Shown one piece after another: positions 7,954-10,522 of a DNA stretch of 10,522 bases (positions are counted from its first letter, which is position 1; each line of letters starts with the position of its first letter). A model generated the notes under the pieces. That model ran no database searches and was not told where the DNA came from. It saw only the letters and a program-made list of their open reading frames with translations. The stretch comes from Promethearchaeota archaeon Loki_b31 (GTDB taxonomy: Archaea > Asgardarchaeota > Lokiarchaeia > Sigyniarchaeales > SOKP01), in assembly GCA_005222975.1 (NCBI GenBank), contig NJBI01000087.1, positions 1 to 10,522 of the forward strand, read 5' to 3'. The position numbers and the translations under genes are program-made.

Positions 7954-8700
7954 ATGCCAGATGAGCAACCCCCAGCTAGGAATAACACGAAAGAAGAAGA
8001 AGATGTTCCTGAAAGAAAAGTTCAAGATATTATTGTTTATCAATTTAACGATGAGATTGGTGATTTTGAAGAATTAATAATTGATCCTGATCTACGATTA
8101 CAAGATTTGTTAGATGATGATTTCGTTCTTCTTTTTACAGATCCTCAACATTACAGAGTCTGGTTGTGGCACGGCTATAACACTACTACAAGAATGAAAT
8201 TCATCGCTGCAAAGATGGCTCCAGCTATAAGGGACAAACACGGGATTGCCTTTAAAATTACTGCTGTTGACCAAGATGACGAAGCACATGGTTTTAAAGT
8301 AATGCTAGGGTTAGAGAAAGAGATCGATTATGAACTTACTCAAACTGGACCGGCTTATGAAGGTACAGCTGAAGATCTTGAGCTTCTTGAGTCTTTATCG
8401 AGAGAAAAAATACTCCTAATACTTGAAAAAGCGGGAATTCCTGAAGGATTTGAACGAAAAATTGTTATTGTAAAAAATAATATCTTTGGGTATCGCGAAT
8501 ATGAACGAAATTATCTAGGTTCTGTAATCAAAGAAAAGCAGTTATTCCCTTTAAAAGAAGAAATCGAAGATGGAACCTATTTAGCTGATAAATATATCCC
8601 CAGAATGCTTTTTTCGTTTAATAAAGTGGTATTAATTGAACTATTGCAAAAGGTAGAAGTGGAAGTAGAAGTAGAAGGCGAGGATATCATAAACAAATAG
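7954..8700 (+). CDS. Gelsolin-like domain protein: one gelsolin-type domain plus uncharacterised C-terminal domain
   Basis: Residues ~24-120: LLDDDFVLLFTD...RVWLWHG.NTTTRMKFIAAKMA...ITAVDQDDEAHGFKVMLG fits the gelsolin repeat consensus (LxxxDxFxLD, IxxWxG, long helix, VxQGxExxxF). Confidence 0.75.
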   Translation: MPDEQPPARNNTKEEEDVPERKVQDIIVYQFNDEIGDFEELIIDPDLRLQDLLDDDFVLLFTDPQHYRVWLWHGYNTTTRMKFIAAKMAPAIRDKHGIAFKITAVDQDDEAHGFKVMLGLEKEIDYELTQTGPAYEGTAEDLELLESLSREKILLILEKAGIPEGFERKIVIVKNNIFGYREYERNYLGSVIKEKQLFPLKEEIEDGTYLADKYIPRMLFSFNKVVLIELLQKVEVEVEVEGEDIINK

Positions 8701-8845
8701 CTACTTAAAGAAAATAATGAATAAAATGAGTTCATTAAAATCAAAACAGTACCAAAAAAGCTAAATCCCTTAATGTTTCTAAACGATCAACTATTTAATG
8801 AACTTCTTTTTATTTTACATAATAAAATCATGAAGTATTAATTAA

Positions 8846-9565
8846 ATGAAGTTAAAACGAATAGATTACGTCTTTGTATTTCTTTTAATAGTGCTTACGA
8901 TTATTTCAATTGATTTCCTATTAAATGAAGCTCATAGAGAAGCTATAGAAAACTTTTCCAAATATCCCCCCTTTCAAAATTTAGCATCTGGGCTTCTAAT
9001 AACCTTTCTTGTTTGTTTAATAGGAAACTTATTACCTATTCCTACACCATATACATTTGTAGTTTGCTTTAGCTCGCTTCCATTTTTACAATTAAATTTG
9101 ATCATCCCTATGATTGTCGCTTTAGTAGCAAGTTTAGGTTGTTTATTTGGCGAGTTGGTGGGTTATTTTGTTGGTAGAGGCGTTTCAGAGTTCATTTCTG
9201 AAGAACAGAGAAAAAAATTAAAGAATTATCAACAGTTCTTAGTAGAACATCCAAAAATTGCTCCTTTTGCTATATTTTTTGCCGCTTTAACGCCCATATC
9301 GGATGATCTTATTACAATTCCCCTTGGATTAATAAAATATTCTTTGAAAAAGACAATATTTTGGTGTTGGCTTGGGAAATTAGGCTTGATGTTAATTTTC
9401 TCTTATAACTTCTTAAAGATTTGCAGTTTATTGGGAGGAGAAAGTTGGATTCTAAGCGTAGTCTCATTATATGTTATGGTAATCTTCTTATATGCTATGT
9501 TGAAAATAAATTTACTAGACTTAGTTAAAAAATATATAAAAAGAAAATCAAATAAAAAGTTATGA
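8846..9565 (+). CDS. DedA / VTT (SNARE-associated) family membrane protein
   Basis: Hydrophobic protein with LLPIPTPY, GELVGYFVGRG and AALTPISDDLITIPLGL motifs. Confidence 0.85.
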   Translation: MKLKRIDYVFVFLLIVLTIISIDFLLNEAHREAIENFSKYPPFQNLASGLLITFLVCLIGNLLPIPTPYTFVVCFSSLPFLQLNLIIPMIVALVASLGCLFGELVGYFVGRGVSEFISEEQRKKLKNYQQFLVEHPKIAPFAIFFAALTPISDDLITIPLGLIKYSLKKTIFWCWLGKLGLMLIFSYNFLKICSLLGGESWILSVVSLYVMVIFLYAMLKINLLDLVKKYIKRKSNKKL

Positions 9566-9574
9566 ATTTTTAAT

Positions 9575-10084
9575 TTACCTTTCCTTAATTAAGATATCCG
9601 TACCTGGTAAAGAAACGCTCCCCGATGTCATCCCTTCGGCTTTCATATAATCATCGATCGTTCTTTCTTCTACTTTTTTAATATATTCTTGTAGTTCAGA
9701 ATGGATGTCTTGAGAAAGTTCAGGAGGTTTATAATCCCGCAATATTTCCTCGAATTTTTCGTGAGCTGACTCCATAATGTCTTTTGAACCCTTCTTTCGC
9801 CAAGTACTTCTTCTATTCCTATTAATAAGTTTATGAATTGGCATATATAATTCTTGCTTCAAATGTTTACGCGTGTGTTTTTCAGCCAAGAAAGTAGAAC
9901 CGGGCTTTTCATTCAATGCTATTTTCTTAATAGTTTCTAACCCTATTGTATCTTCATTTACAATAATACCCTCAGTTGCTCTTTTTACCATGCCAGCTAA
10001 CTCGTCATCAATTACAAGAAGCTCCAAAGCTTCGACTAAAGTTGCTTCGTAGGTTCCCGCGCACGTAATGTAATTTATTCCCAT
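9575..10084 (-). pseudogene. mttB: 3' portion (~169 aa) of an MttB-superfamily (trimethylamine/quaternary amine:corrinoid) methyltransferase; 5' two-thirds absent
   Basis: GINYITCAGTYEATLVEALELLVIDDELAGMVKR..EGIIVNEDTIG..FLAEKHT..ELYMP..W..KG..A..ILRDYKPPEL follows the MttB C-terminal consensus; similarity stops abruptly upstream of MGIN. Confidence 0.8.
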
Positions 10085-10204
10085 TTCTATGAATTTCTTT
10101 TGTTTATCGGTTAAATCGTTTACGTCGCACTTAGAACAAACGCTATAATGCTTAGGATTATCGTTTTGAACGATTATTTTCCCACATAAGATACATTCTA
10201 ACAT
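10085..10204 (-). CDS. 40-aa zinc-ribbon segment (CxxC-x15-CxxC) reading in frame into the mttB remnant (chimeric ORF 9575..10204, 209 aa)
   Basis: MLECILCGKIIVQNDNPKHYSVCSKCDVNDLTDKQKKFIE; ATG at 10204 preceded by purine-rich AAGGGGA (10220..10214). Confidence 0.6.
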
Positions 10205-10253
10205 TTTCTCAAATCCCCTTATCAAAATCTTTAATTTTTTTTTATCATGCTCA

Positions 10254-10522
10254 TTAAATAGCTTCGTAGTATTTTTTAATTCTCCCACCTTTGTTTAGGA
10301 TAACTCTTATTTTTCCTTGTCTTTCGAGATTTCGGACAGTCTTTGATATGTTCGTAGAGTGTTCGTAATCCATAGCTAACGCCCATTTCTTTAAGGACGC
10401 TTTTCCTATTTCTCTTAATTTATCCAAACAAATTTTTTCCCAAGTTCTAAAAACTTCATTTTCTTTACACTTCGTTTTTTTTATCGTTGTTAGATAACTC
10501 CTTCGTTTTTTTGTCGTTCTTT
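10254..10522 (-). CDS. Small winged helix-turn-helix DNA-binding protein, start outside window or unresolved; not in supplied ORF track
   Basis: Frame open from 10520 to TAA at 10256..10254: ...FRTWEKICLDKLREIGKASLKKWALAMDYEHSTNISKTVRNLERQGKIRVILNKGGRIKKYYEAI*; helix-helix-turn-helix plus wing pattern. Confidence 0.7.
   Translation of the reverse strand, partial: RTTKKRRSYLTTIKKTKCKENEVFRTWEKICLDKLREIGKASLKKWALAMDYEHSTNISKTVRNLERQGKIRVILNKGGRIKKYYEAI

Noticed and set aside
8653-8677. GTAGAA-type hexamer repeat encoding VEVEVEVE
   Set aside because: Low-complexity slippage in a C-terminal tail; no functional inference possible
9575-10084. Pyrrolysine (TAG) readthrough explaining the short mttB
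   Set aside because: There is no TAG at the junction; the frame is open and the upstream sequence is non-homologous
10205-10288. GTG start at 10288 for the 237-aa ORF
   Set aside because: Overlaps the 3' end of the wHTH ORF; ATG at 10204 has a purine-rich SD and starts right at the zinc ribbon
10080-10390. CCCATTTCT repeated at 10080..10088 and 10382..10390 as a target-site duplication
   Set aside because: The second copy lies inside the intact wHTH ORF and mttB does not resume beyond it; a 9-mer match is plausible by chance

Overview
AT-rich archaeal chromosomal window, most likely Asgard (Lokiarchaeia-like). This is inferred from the archaeal-type tRNA-Leu, a gelsolin-domain protein, an SDS22-type LRR relic, DUF166 and an MttB-type methyltransferase segment; no marker gene proves it. 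Left to right: two translationally coupled coiled-coil genes (one with a predicted C-terminal winged helix, the other cut by the window edge and absent from the ORF track), an atypical kinase-fold gene, DUF166, a P1B-2 (Zn/Cd/Pb) ATPase with an unusual Cys/His C-terminal tail, an ICMT/PEMT-family methyltransferase, a decayed LRR remnant, tRNA-Leu(CAG), an alpha/beta hydrolase, a single-gelsolin-domain protein with an unknown second domain, and a DedA/VTT membrane protein. At the right end, the 3' third of an mttB gene is fused in frame to an unrelated 40-aa zinc ribbon, preceded by a partial wHTH gene; this is an integration/rearrangement junction or an assembly chimera. Best leads: the coiled-coil/wH pair with its adjacent kinase, the gelsolin-X protein, the mttB junction and the ATPase tail. 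All family calls are from motif recognition by eye; no searches were run.
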